From NCBI GenBank assembly GCA_964577835.1, contig CAZOBN010000003.1, forward strand, positions 490-64,489: DNA of 64,000 bases, written 5' to 3'. Position numbers and translations under genes: made by a program. Under the pieces are notes generated by a model. The model ran no database searches, was not told the DNA's origin, and worked only from the letters and a program-made list of their open reading frames with translations. The DNA is from an uncultured Rhizobiaceae bacterium. Its GTDB lineage: Bacteria; Pseudomonadota; Alphaproteobacteria; SMXQ01. Below are positions 16,281 to 25,228 of the stretch, piece after piece (position 1 is the stretch's first letter; each line of letters begins with the position of its first letter).

Positions 16281-17201
16281 TCAGGCCGCTTTCTTGGCGA
16301 GCACGCTGCGCGCCTGGCGGAACAGACCGCTGAGCCACTCCTTGCGCTCCGCCGTCATCTCGCCGGTCGGCCAGCGCGGATAGCGCTTCACCTTGAAGCC
16401 GAGCTCGATGAGGCCCTGCTTGTAAACGGTGCGGCCGCACTCGCGCAGGATCTCGGGCCTCAGGAAGGCGCTGTGGAAATCGACCACCGCCTGCTGCAGC
16501 TCGAGCGCGCGGGCATTGTCCTTGCGGTCGATGGCGCGCACCAGTTCGACGCCGAGCTCGGGGAATACGGCGAGCGGCGGACTGACGGTGCCGGCGATGC
16601 CGCACAGCATGCCCGGGAACAGGGTGCTGGCGAGCGAGAACAGCTTGAAATCGCCGCCGATCGTGGCGAGGTAGTTGCGCGCCTCGTCGAGCGAGCCCAT
16701 GGCGAGCTTGGCGCCGAAGATCTGCGGGCTGTCGTCGCGCATCTGGCGCATCAGCTCCGGTCCGATCGGATAACCCTGGTACTTCGGGTTGTTGTAGAGC
16801 ATCATCGGAGCCTTGAGCGCGGCTCCCACCATCTTGAAATGCTCGCGCACTTCCTGCTGGGTGTGGTCGGCGTAATAGTACGGGCCGACGAAAGCGAGCG
16901 CCTCGGCGCCGACCTGGAGCGCATGCTTGCCGAGCTCGATGGTGGTGAACGGGTCGGCGGTGCCGGCGTGGACCACGACCGGAATGCGGCCCTTCACGCG
17001 CTTGGCGACGATCTCGGAAAGCTGCTTGCGCTCCTCCAGCGACATCGCCGGGCCCTGCCCGAACGACCCGCCGACGAACAGCGCATTGACCCCGGAGTTG
17101 ACGTAGTAATCGACCAGCTCATCCATGAGCTTGACGTCGATGCGGCCGTCTTCCTCGAAGACGGTCGGGATCGGGAGCAACATTCCCCGAATGGCCTGCA
17201 T
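16281..17201 (-). CDS. Dihydrodipicolinate synthase-family (class I) aldolase/lyase
   Basis: 306 aa. GVNALFVGGSFGQGPAMSLEERKQL, VVHAGTADPFTTIELGKHA and a candidate Schiff-base Lys in IFGAKLAMGS. Confidence 0.75.
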   Translation of the reverse strand: MQAIRGMLLPIPTVFEEDGRIDVKLMDELVDYYVNSGVNALFVGGSFGQGPAMSLEERKQLSEIVAKRVKGRIPVVVHAGTADPFTTIELGKHALQVGAEALAFVGPYYYADHTQQEVREHFKMVGAALKAPMMLYNNPKYQGYPIGPELMRQMRDDSPQIFGAKLAMGSLDEARNYLATIGGDFKLFSLASTLFPGMLCGIAGTVSPPLAVFPELGVELVRAIDRKDNARALELQQAVVDFHSAFLRPEILRECGRTVYKQGLIELGFKVKRYPRWPTGEMTAERKEWLSGLFRQARSVLAKKAA

Positions 17202-17409
17202 GATATCCTCCGATTTGCCTGAGCGGTTTTGTGGGCGGTGTTGTCGGCGAAAAAATCCGGATGTGGCGAACGGCCGCCCTTCCAGCCGGCGGCTTATTTT
17301 CCACTAACTAGAAAATATTTCCGAAATATATTGCCCGTCCGCCCGGAACGTGTCAACTGTGATCACGCAACTCACGAAAAACCGTCGCAAACCGGTAGTG
17401 GACAAGGTC

Positions 17410-18321
17410 ATGTCGAATCAGAGCCGACGCACCGACGGCAACTCAGCCGGCGCACAGCCCAGCGCCCCCCGGCGCGCCGGGCGCCCGGCCACGCGCTCGC
17501 CCGACGCCGCCGGCGTGCGCACGCTGCTGATGGGCATCGCGCTGCTCAAGACCATCGCCCGCTTGCCCGAGCCCGCCAACCTCAGCGAGATCGCGCGGCG
17601 CGCGCAATTGCCGGTGAGTCGCGCGCATCGCTACCTCACCACGCTGGTGCAAGGCGGCATGCTCGCGGTCGATCCGAGCACCGGGCTTTACACCCTGGGC
17701 CCGGCCGCGGTCGAACTCGGCGTCGCCGCCATGTCGAACACCGATTCGCTGCAGATCGCGACCAACATCATGCGGCTGCTCACCGCGCGCACCGCTCTCG
17801 TCTCGGTGCTCACCGTGTGGGGCAGCCATGGCCCGACCGTGGTGCGCTGGGAACAGGGCAAGCTGGAAGCCGCGGTGCGCGTGCGCGAGGGCATCAATCT
17901 CTCGATGCTGACGACGGCGGCGGGACAGATCTTCCTCGCCTATCTCGATCCGCGCACCATCGCCGAACAGCTCGAGCGCGACCTGAAGGCATTGAACCGC
18001 GGCGCGCCGCCGGCGCAACGCATGAACGCGGACAAGGTCAAGGCGCTGCAGAAGGCCATTCGCGCCGATGGCATGGCATGCGCCGTGGGCATCCGCAATC
18101 CGCTGGTCGCCGCCATTTCGGCCCCGGTCTTCGACCGCAGCGGCCTGATCATGAGCCTGACGCTGACCGGCATTCAGGGCGCCTTCGACACCGGCCCCGA
18201 CGGCGAGCCGGCGCGCCATATGAAAGAGGCCGCGCGCGAGATTTCCGGCCTGTTGGGCGGCGCGGGTTTCCTGCGCGGGGACGTCGAATTCGATCCGCCG
18301 ACCCGCCGGGCTATCGGGTAA
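17410..18321 (+). CDS. IclR-family transcriptional regulator
   Basis: HTH LLKTIARLPEPANLSEIARRAQLPVSRAHRYLTTLVQGGML plus an IclR-type effector domain. Start is either GTG 17350 or ATG 17410. Confidence 0.8.
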   Translation: MSNQSRRTDGNSAGAQPSAPRRAGRPATRSPDAAGVRTLLMGIALLKTIARLPEPANLSEIARRAQLPVSRAHRYLTTLVQGGMLAVDPSTGLYTLGPAAVELGVAAMSNTDSLQIATNIMRLLTARTALVSVLTVWGSHGPTVVRWEQGKLEAAVRVREGINLSMLTTAAGQIFLAYLDPRTIAEQLERDLKALNRGAPPAQRMNADKVKALQKAIRADGMACAVGIRNPLVAAISAPVFDRSGLIMSLTLTGIQGAFDTGPDGEPARHMKEAAREISGLLGGAGFLRGDVEFDPPTRRAIG

Positions 18322-18368
18322 CAACCACCGCATGACAATCGAAAGCGAGTCACAGGAGTCATTCGACT

Positions 18369-19481
18369 ATGAGCGTGCGCGAAAAGGATGTCGGCCTTCC
18401 CGAAACCGGGGAGCGGCTGTTCATCGATCCTTATCTCGATTGGGCCGCGGCACAGGGCGTGCCGGTCGTCGAGGACTATGGCGTCGATCTGCTGACGACG
18501 CCGACCAAGCCTTGGGCGATGTTCGAATCCAACGGCGCCATCGTGCATCTCAAGGGCCGCGGCGATTTCGTCTCGGTGTTTCTGCTCGACCTGCAGCCGG
18601 GCGGCAAGACGGCGCCGCAACAGCATCTCTATGAAGAGATCTTCTACGTGGTCGAAGGCCACGGCAGCACCCAAGTCGAGATCGGCGGCGAAACCCACAG
18701 CTTCGAGTGGGGTCCGCGCAGCATGTTCGCCCTGCCGCTCAACGCGCGTTACCGCCTGTTCAACGGCAGCGGCCAGGAGCGCGCGCTGCTCGCCTCTTGC
18801 AACTACTTCCCGATGGTGAAGAACCTGTTCCGCAGCGACAGCGTGATCTTCGATCGCGCGCTGCGGCTCGAAGACCGCGAATATCCGGCGGACTATCTGC
18901 ACGGCGAGGGCCGCTACATCCCGATCCGGCCCGGCTGGAACAGTTGGGAGACGAATTTCGTGCAGGATGTCGCCGCGTTCGAGCTCAAGGCCTGGAACAA
19001 GCGCGGCGCCGGCAGCTCCAACATGAACTTCATCCTGGCCGACGGGGTGATGAAGGCGCACGTCTCCTCCATGCCGGTCGGGTCCTACAAGAAGGGCCAC
19101 CGCCACGGCCCGGACTTCTCGATCTTCAGCATCTCCGGCTCGGGCTATTCGCTGTTCTGGTACGAGGGCGAGACGGACTTCGTCCGCGTCGACTGGAAAT
19201 ACGGCATGCTGTTCGCGCCGCCCGAGATGATGTGGCACCAGCACTTCAACTCCGGGCCGGAGCCCGCGCGCTATCTCGCGGTGGCGCTCGGCGGTATCCG
19301 CTATCCGTTCCTCAATTCACGGCGCAAGCAACTGCTCGGCGTCGATGTCAGCGCCAAGGATGGCGGCGGCCAGATCGAGTATTGCGACCAGGATCCTCGC
19401 ATCCACAAGACGTTCCTCGACGAACTCGCGAAACATGGCGCCGCCTGCGCCATGGGCGCGGAGATTTTCAACAAGCGTTAG
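18369..19481 (+). CDS. Bicupin-domain protein of unknown specificity
   Basis: 370 aa with two cupin barrels (HLYEEIFYVVEGHGSTQVE and HRHGPDFSIFSISGSGYSLFW). Confidence 0.65.
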   Translation: MSVREKDVGLPETGERLFIDPYLDWAAAQGVPVVEDYGVDLLTTPTKPWAMFESNGAIVHLKGRGDFVSVFLLDLQPGGKTAPQQHLYEEIFYVVEGHGSTQVEIGGETHSFEWGPRSMFALPLNARYRLFNGSGQERALLASCNYFPMVKNLFRSDSVIFDRALRLEDREYPADYLHGEGRYIPIRPGWNSWETNFVQDVAAFELKAWNKRGAGSSNMNFILADGVMKAHVSSMPVGSYKKGHRHGPDFSIFSISGSGYSLFWYEGETDFVRVDWKYGMLFAPPEMMWHQHFNSGPEPARYLAVALGGIRYPFLNSRRKQLLGVDVSAKDGGGQIEYCDQDPRIHKTFLDELAKHGAACAMGAEIFNKR

Positions 19482-19528
19482 ACGGCCTGCAACGACACCC
19501 TTCGCGGACCGACCACAAGGAGACCAGA

Positions 19529-20554
19529 ATGACGTTACGTGCTCTGTCCTTCGCCGCCGCCGGGATTACGGCTGCGCTCGCGTGCGGACCCGTCGCCGCC
19601 CAAAGCGGCGCGCCTTCCTTCGCCGGCAAGACCATCGAGATCTGGATCGGCGCCGCGCCGGCCGGCGGCTATGATATCAACGCCCGCGCTGTGGCGCGCT
19701 ACATGCCCGACTACATTCCGGGCAAGCCGACCATGCTGCCCAAGAACATGCCCGGCGCCGGCAGCCTGCGCGCCGCCAACCTCGCCTACAACACCGGCGC
19801 CAAGGACGGCACGGTGATCGGCGCGCCCAGCCGCTCGGTCATGACCATGCCGCTGCTCGGCGTCGAGAACGCCAAGCTCGACGTCACCAAGATCAACTGG
19901 ATCGGCAGCGTGGCGAGCGAGGACAGCACCTGCATCTCCTGGCACACCACGGGCGTGAAGACGCTGAAGGACGCCCAGGAAAAGAAGCTGATCGTCGGCA
20001 CCTCCGGTCCCGGCACCAGCACGCACACCTATGCGCTGCTGATCCAGAACCTGTTCGACGCCAAGTTCCACATCATCGGCGGCTACCCCGGTGGCAAGGA
20101 CGCTCAGATCGCGCTCGAGCGCGGCGAGGTGGAAGGCACCTGCGGCTCCTATTCCAGCATCAAGACCCAGAAGCCGGATTGGATCCGCGACAAGCAGATC
20201 AACTTCCTGGTGCTGATCGGCGCCAACCGTGACCCCGATCTGCCGGACGTGCCGACCGTCGTCGAGCTCTCGACCACCGACGAGCAGCGCAACCTGTTGA
20301 AGATCGTGCTCGCGCCGCAGACCGCCGGCCGGCCCCTGTTCCTGCCGCCCGGTGTACCAGCCGATATCGTGAACACGATGCGCCGCGCCTTCGATTCGAC
20401 CATGAAAGATCCGCGCTTCCTGGCGGAGGCCAAGAAGATCGGCATCGAGGTCAATCCGGTAACCGGCGAGCAGATCCAGAAAATCGCCCAGGATGTCTAT
20501 GCCCTGCCGCCCGCCGCGGTGGAAAAGGCCAAGGCCTACCTGGAGTCGCGCTGA
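19529..20554 (+). CDS. Bug-family (TctC-like) substrate-binding protein
   Basis: AAGGAG SD + ATG 19529. Signal peptide MTLRALSFAAAGITAALACGPVAA. IWIGAAPAGGYDINARAVARYMPDYIPGKPTMLPKNMPGAGS. The upstream part of ORF 18707..20554 is an out-of-frame overlap of the cupin gene. Confidence 0.8.
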   Translation: MTLRALSFAAAGITAALACGPVAAQSGAPSFAGKTIEIWIGAAPAGGYDINARAVARYMPDYIPGKPTMLPKNMPGAGSLRAANLAYNTGAKDGTVIGAPSRSVMTMPLLGVENAKLDVTKINWIGSVASEDSTCISWHTTGVKTLKDAQEKKLIVGTSGPGTSTHTYALLIQNLFDAKFHIIGGYPGGKDAQIALERGEVEGTCGSYSSIKTQKPDWIRDKQINFLVLIGANRDPDLPDVPTVVELSTTDEQRNLLKIVLAPQTAGRPLFLPPGVPADIVNTMRRAFDSTMKDPRFLAEAKKIGIEVNPVTGEQIQKIAQDVYALPPAAVEKAKAYLESR

Positions 20555-20575
20555 GCGGTTGGGAAGCAGGCTCGG

Positions 20576-20612
20576 CAAAAAGGGGACCCGGTTGGGCCCC
20601 CCTTTTTCTTTG
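20576..20612. terminator. Bidirectional intrinsic terminator
   Basis: AAAAAGGGGACCC-GGTT-GGGCCCCCCTTTTTC: a GC stem flanked by an A-run and a T-run between convergent genes. Confidence 0.7.
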
Positions 20613-20635
20613 GCGCGAACGGGCGCGGCTGAACC

Positions 20636-20827
20636 TCAGCGCCGGTCCATCTTGCGCGCTTGGCGCCGGTGGGCGCGCCGGACTTGGCGCGAGCGCGTGT
20701 CGGGACCGGGCACGAAACGGCGTGCCTTGCGGCGGTCGATGATGCGGCGAATGCCGCGCGCGATCAGGAAGGCCACGGCGAGGCCGCCGAAGAACGTGAT
20801 GAGAAACAGGGGATCGGTGAGCATCAT
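20636..20827 (-). CDS. Small membrane protein, hypothetical
   Basis: 63 aa: one TM segment (LFLITFFGGLAVAFLIA) followed by an Arg-rich tail. Weak SD. Confidence 0.35.
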   Translation of the reverse strand: MMLTDPLFLITFFGGLAVAFLIARGIRRIIDRRKARRFVPGPDTRSRQVRRAHRRQARKMDRR

Positions 20828-20958
20828 GGAACTGTGGCCCTCATCGGCCGACCATAGAACGGCACGCCCGATTGTTCAGCACGGAATTTTGATCGCCGAG
20901 CCGCAGCCTGGCGGAGCCCGGGGATGACAAGCAGCCTCCCTCTTCCCTATAAAGAGGC

Positions 20959-21534
20959 ATGACACATCCCGAGACCGCTCCCGCAAGACGCGCCGAACCC
21001 GCCTGGCTCAAACCCGTCACCGACTACGGCCCGCTTGCCGTGTTCTTCGGCGTCTACCTGAAGTTCGGCCTGATGCCGGCGACCGGCGCGCTGATCGCGG
21101 CGACCTGCGTCGCCCTCGCGGCGTCCCTGATCATCGCGCGCCGGGTGCCGATCATGGCGGTGATCACCGCCGTGGTGGTCGGCATCTTCGGCGGCCTTAC
21201 CCTGTGGTTCGACGACGATACCTTCATCAAGATGAAGCCGACCATCGTGCAGGCGGTCCTCGGCGCCATCCTGCTCGGCGGCCTCGTTTTCGGACGCCCG
21301 CTGCTCAAGCCGGTGATGGGCACCGCCTGGAACATGGACGACACGGGCTGGCGCAAGCTCAGCCTGCGCTTCGCCCTGTTCTTCCTGGCGATGGCGGTGC
21401 TCAACGAGCTCGTGTGGCGCACCCAGTCGACCGACTTCTGGGTCAACTTCAAGGTGTTCGGCATCCTCGGGCTGACGATGGTCTTCTCGCTCGCCCAGAT
21501 GCCGCTGCTGAACAAGCACCGCCTGCCCGATTGA
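20959..21534 (+). CDS. yciB: Intracellular septation protein A (YciB/IspZ family)
   Basis: 191 aa, multi-TM. DDDTFIKMKPTIVQAVLGAILLGGLVFGRPLLK and FWVNFKVFGILGLTMVF match the YciB family by eye. Confidence 0.75.
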   Translation: MTHPETAPARRAEPAWLKPVTDYGPLAVFFGVYLKFGLMPATGALIAATCVALAASLIIARRVPIMAVITAVVVGIFGGLTLWFDDDTFIKMKPTIVQAVLGAILLGGLVFGRPLLKPVMGTAWNMDDTGWRKLSLRFALFFLAMAVLNELVWRTQSTDFWVNFKVFGILGLTMVFSLAQMPLLNKHRLPD

Positions 21535-21585
21535 GCGGCGGCCGGCGAAACGCCCGCCGGCCGGATCGCCCTCGACCGCCCCGCG

Positions 21586-22437
21586 TCACTCCGCGGCGGC
21601 CGTGTTGTTCTTCTTCTTTCCCGTCCAGTCGGGCGCGCTCGTCGCCTTGATCTTGCGCGCGTCCTTGACCAGCTCCTTGATCGCGCCGGTGATCGGCAGC
21701 GACAGGCTGGCCGCGTCGGTCATCTGGGACACGATCTGCATGTCCTTGAGCGCCCAGGTGAAGGTGATCATGTCCCAATCCTCGAGCGCCGCCGAGTTGC
21801 CCGATGACATGAGCAGCGCCTCGCGCAGCTTGGGCAGCTCGATGCCGGTGCTTTCGGCGAGCTTGCCCGCTTCGATCAGCGCCACGCCATTCACCCACAG
21901 CAGCAGGTTGTTCATGGTCTTGGCGACCTGGCCATGGCCGACGTCGCCGACATGCACGATGTCCGACGAGAACGCCGAATAGACCGGGCGCGAGCGTTCC
22001 GCGACTTCCGCCTTGGCGCCGAACAGCGCCAGCAGCGTGCCCTCGTCGGCCGCCCAGCCGCCGCGGCAGATCGGCGCGTCGAGCACATCGATGCCCTTGG
22101 CTTGCGCGAGCTTGTCGAGCGCCTTCACCGTGTCGGGCGCGACCGTGGAGGACACCGCGATGATCGAGCCCGGCTGCATGGTTTCGAGCAGCCCGCCCTT
22201 GCCGGTCACCACCTCGATCGCCTCGTTGTCGAATCCGACCGCGATGATGACGAACTTGGAGACCCTGCCGAGCTCGGCGGCGCTCGCGGCGCTCTGCGCG
22301 CCGGCGGCTTCCGCCTTCCGGATCTGGTCGGCATCGATGTCCGTCACCGTCACCGGATAGCCCTGCTTGAGCATGTGCTTGAGCATGGCGTAGCCCATGC
22401 GGCCCGGGCCGACGAGACCGATTCGTTCCTTTGACAT
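21586..22437 (-). CDS. NAD(P)-dependent beta-hydroxyacid dehydrogenase, paralogue of 12339..13274
   Basis: MSKERIGLVGPGRMGYAMLKHMLKQGY Rossmann start (ATG 22437, alternative 22449). The rest of ORF 21586..22746 is an Arg/Pro-rich upstream read-through. Confidence 0.75.
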   Translation of the reverse strand: MSKERIGLVGPGRMGYAMLKHMLKQGYPVTVTDIDADQIRKAEAAGAQSAASAAELGRVSKFVIIAVGFDNEAIEVVTGKGGLLETMQPGSIIAVSSTVAPDTVKALDKLAQAKGIDVLDAPICRGGWAADEGTLLALFGAKAEVAERSRPVYSAFSSDIVHVGDVGHGQVAKTMNNLLLWVNGVALIEAGKLAESTGIELPKLREALLMSSGNSAALEDWDMITFTWALKDMQIVSQMTDAASLSLPITGAIKELVKDARKIKATSAPDWTGKKKNNTAAAE

Positions 22438-22553
22438 GTCCGACAGCATCCTCTGTTGACTATTGTTCGTGCTGGAACGGGTCTTACCGCGCGAAGGCGG
22501 ATTTTTCCAGCCGGAGACGGGATTCGGGCAGGCAGAGCGCGCGCGCCCAGGCG

Positions 22554-23639
22554 TCAGGGGCTGCGCATGCGCCTCGGGGGAATCGGGCGCCCCTTGGCGC
22601 GCCCGCCGGTTCGGCGCGCCGCGCGCGTCGGAACGGCCGTCGCACCGACGGCGCGAATCGGTGTCGCCGCGGCGGCCGGCGGGCTTTGGGCGGGCGCGTC
22701 CGATAGCGCGTCCTCGCCCGGGCTGGCGGCGCTTGGCACCTCCCATGGCGAAGCGCTGATGCGGGCGGCCAAGAAATCGATGAACAGCCGAACCTTGGCC
22801 GCGACGAGATGACGATGGGGGAACAGGACGTAGATCGGCTCCTGCTGGCCGGTGAACTCAGCGAGCGTGCGGCGCAGAACTCCTCTCGCCAAGTCCGGGC
22901 CGATGCAATAGGTGGGCAGCAGCGCGATTCCCATGCCGTTCCGGGTGATCTGGCGCAGCACCATGGCGCTGTTGGCGACCATGGCGCCCACAACCTTGAC
23001 CTGGTTCTCGCCAGCGGCATGTTCGAAACGCCAAACGCCGTCCGCGTGCTTGGTGTGCAGCAGGCATTTGTGGCGCGCGAGGTCTTCCAGCGTCGCCGGC
23101 TCGCCGTGCGCCGCGAGATAGGCCGGCGATGCGCAGAGCAGCCAATGGAAGGCGCCGATGCGGCGCGCGACCAGGCTCGAGTCGGATGGCGACTGCAGGC
23201 GGATGGCGAGGTCGAAGCCGTGCTCGACCAGATCGAGCGCGTGCAGCGACACGTCGCTCAGCACCAACGAGACGCGGATCTCCGGATAGAGCGCCATGAA
23301 TTCGGATACGATGTTGCCGAGATAGAGGCTGCCGAACGACTTGGGCGCCAACACCTTGAGCTCGCCGCGCGGCTCCTCCTGCAGGCGCGCCACCAGCGCG
23401 TCCTGCTCCGCCATCTCCGCAAGAACGCGGACGCAGAAATCGAAATAGCCCTGGCCGATGTCGGTCACGCTGGAGCGCCGCGTGGTGCGATTGATCAGCC
23501 GCACGCCGAGCTGCTTCTCGAGCTGCATGACATGCTTGGTGACGATCGCCCGCGACAGCCCAAGCTGGGACGCCGCGGCGGCGAAGCTGCCTTCACGCAC
23601 CACACGCACGAAGGTTTCCATGGCCTTGAGACGATCCAA
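22554..23639 (-). CDS. LysR-family transcriptional regulator with a ~65-aa Pro/Ala/Arg-rich C-terminal extension
   Basis: MDRLKAMETFVRVVREGSFAAAASQLGLSRAIVTKHVMQLEKQLGVRLINRTTRR. The canonical LysR body ends near ...FIDFLAARI and the frame then continues to 22554. Confidence 0.8.
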   Translation of the reverse strand: MDRLKAMETFVRVVREGSFAAAASQLGLSRAIVTKHVMQLEKQLGVRLINRTTRRSSVTDIGQGYFDFCVRVLAEMAEQDALVARLQEEPRGELKVLAPKSFGSLYLGNIVSEFMALYPEIRVSLVLSDVSLHALDLVEHGFDLAIRLQSPSDSSLVARRIGAFHWLLCASPAYLAAHGEPATLEDLARHKCLLHTKHADGVWRFEHAAGENQVKVVGAMVANSAMVLRQITRNGMGIALLPTYCIGPDLARGVLRRTLAEFTGQQEPIYVLFPHRHLVAAKVRLFIDFLAARISASPWEVPSAASPGEDALSDAPAQSPPAAAATPIRAVGATAVPTRAARRTGGRAKGRPIPPRRMRSP

Positions 23640-23952
23640 GTCCCACCGTCACGTAAGAATGAAACGAAGGGGGCGAGTCTGCTGGCCCGAGCGCATCTCG
23701 TCAAGCCCGCGACGACCGTGGGAATTGGCCCGATAGCCTGAACATCTCGCCGGGGGACTATCCCTCGTCCGGGTGAATTCCACCCTGCGACGAGGGATAT
23801 GGGCGTTTCCTCCCGATCCTCGGTAACCGCGGCTTTTTGCGCGCCGCATGGATCGTGCGTTTCCTGCCCGTCGCGGCCATGGCTGCCGCTTCAACGAAAC
23901 ATTCTAGAGAGGCGGACAGGGCCGATCTACGCGCGGGCGGCAAATGCACTGT

Positions 23953-23966
23953 TTCATAATAGTGAA
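23953..23966. promoter_or_regulatory. Candidate LysR-type T-N11-A dyad
   Basis: TTCATAATAGTGAA (TCA-N7-TGA dyad inside T-N11-A), in the LysR/amidohydrolase divergent region about 120 bp upstream of 24082. Confidence 0.25.
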
Positions 23967-24081
23967 CAACGGCGGAAAACCGCCAGAAACGCCCTTTGGC
24001 CGGCGCCCATGGCGATTGAACCGAGACGCGGGACGGCTATAAGGGACTGACTGCCTTCCCCCTGCCGCGCGGTCCGCGGCC

Positions 24082-25149
24082 TTGCCGGAGATCCCCATGC
24101 CCCTGCGTACCATCGACGCCGACGCCCATGTGCTGGAAATCCCCTATAGCTGGGAATTCATGGCGGAAGCCGACCGCGGCTTTACGCCCATGGTGGTGAC
24201 CTACGCGGCGGGCCAGCAGAAGTTGGGGGCCCAGGGCAACGTGCAGAAGGAATTCTGGGTGATCGACGGCCGCATCCAGCCCAAGGAGGCCAATGTCGGG
24301 GTCGAGAACACCACCCAGGAGGCACGCGAGATGCGCGACATCGACGCCCGCCTCAAGCATATGGACGAGCTCGAGATCGACGTGCAGGTGCTCTACCCCA
24401 CCCTGTTCCTGCGCCCGATCACCCTGAAGGCGCCGCTCGAGCTGGCGCTGGTGAAAAGCTACAACCGCTGGCTCGCCGAGATCTGGAAGAAGGGCAAGGG
24501 CCGCCTGCGCTGGGTCGTCATGCCGCCGCTGCTGACCATGGAGAAGGTGCGCGACGAACTGGCCTGGGCGAAGGAGCACGGCGCCTGCGGCGTCTTCCTG
24601 CGCGGGCTCGAGTGCGAGCGGGTGCTGTCCGATCCGTATTTCTTTCCGCTCTACGAGGCGGCGCAGGAACTCGACCTGCCGCTCTGCCTGCACTCGGGCA
24701 CCAACGGATTCCAGGTGCACGATTTCTTCGCCGGCGATTCCGGCTTCAACAAGTTCAAGCTCGCCGTGGTCGGCGCCTTCCACACGCTGGTCATGGATGG
24801 CATCCCCGGCCAGTTCCCCAAGGCGCGCTGGGGCTTCGTCGAGGTCAGCTCGCAATGGATACCGTACGTGATGAACGACCTCGGCCTGCGCTTCAAGCGG
24901 CGCGGCCGGCGCATCGGCACCATGAAGGATTACAATTTCTACGTCGCCTGCCAGGTGACCGACGATCTCGCCGACATCATCAAGGTGGCCGGCGAGGACA
25001 ATCTGGTGGTCGGCACCGATTACGGCCACCACGACACCTCGACCGAGATCGAGGCGCTGCGCCTCTTGAAGCAGAACGGCAAGGTGCCGCCCGCCGTGGT
25101 CGACAAGATCCTCGGCCCCAACGCCGAGAGGTTTTACGGGCTGAACTGA
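24082..25149 (+). CDS. Amidohydrolase-2 family protein (ACMSD/LigW-like metal-dependent hydrolase/decarboxylase fold)
   Basis: TIDADAHV near the N-terminus and VVGTDYGHHD near the C-terminus. 355 aa. An alternative start is ATG 24097. Confidence 0.7.
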   Translation: MPEIPMPLRTIDADAHVLEIPYSWEFMAEADRGFTPMVVTYAAGQQKLGAQGNVQKEFWVIDGRIQPKEANVGVENTTQEAREMRDIDARLKHMDELEIDVQVLYPTLFLRPITLKAPLELALVKSYNRWLAEIWKKGKGRLRWVVMPPLLTMEKVRDELAWAKEHGACGVFLRGLECERVLSDPYFFPLYEAAQELDLPLCLHSGTNGFQVHDFFAGDSGFNKFKLAVVGAFHTLVMDGIPGQFPKARWGFVEVSSQWIPYVMNDLGLRFKRRGRRIGTMKDYNFYVACQVTDDLADIIKVAGEDNLVVGTDYGHHDTSTEIEALRLLKQNGKVPPAVVDKILGPNAERFYGLN

Positions 25150-25176
25150 CGATCGCGCACGCGCCGACGGCGAAAG

Positions 25177-25206
25177 AAAAGGCGGCGGTTACGGCCCCCG
25201 CCTTTT
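25177..25206. terminator. Bidirectional intrinsic terminator
   Basis: AAAAGGCGG-cggttacggccc-CCGCCTTTT between convergent genes. Confidence 0.7.
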
Positions 25207-25228
25207 CCTTGTCCGACACCGGCCTCGC

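Noticed and set aside
18707-20554. 615-aa ORF taken as a single gene.
   Set aside because: The first ~270 residues are an out-of-frame overlap of the bicupin gene (18369..19481). A clean AAGGAG SD + ATG + signal peptide at 19529 defines the Bug receptor.
21586-22746. 386-aa ORF with a long Arg/Pro/Gly-rich N-terminus.
   Set aside because: The N-terminal 100 residues overlap the LysR tail region and have no coding character. The dehydrogenase begins at MSKERIGLVGPGRMG (22437).
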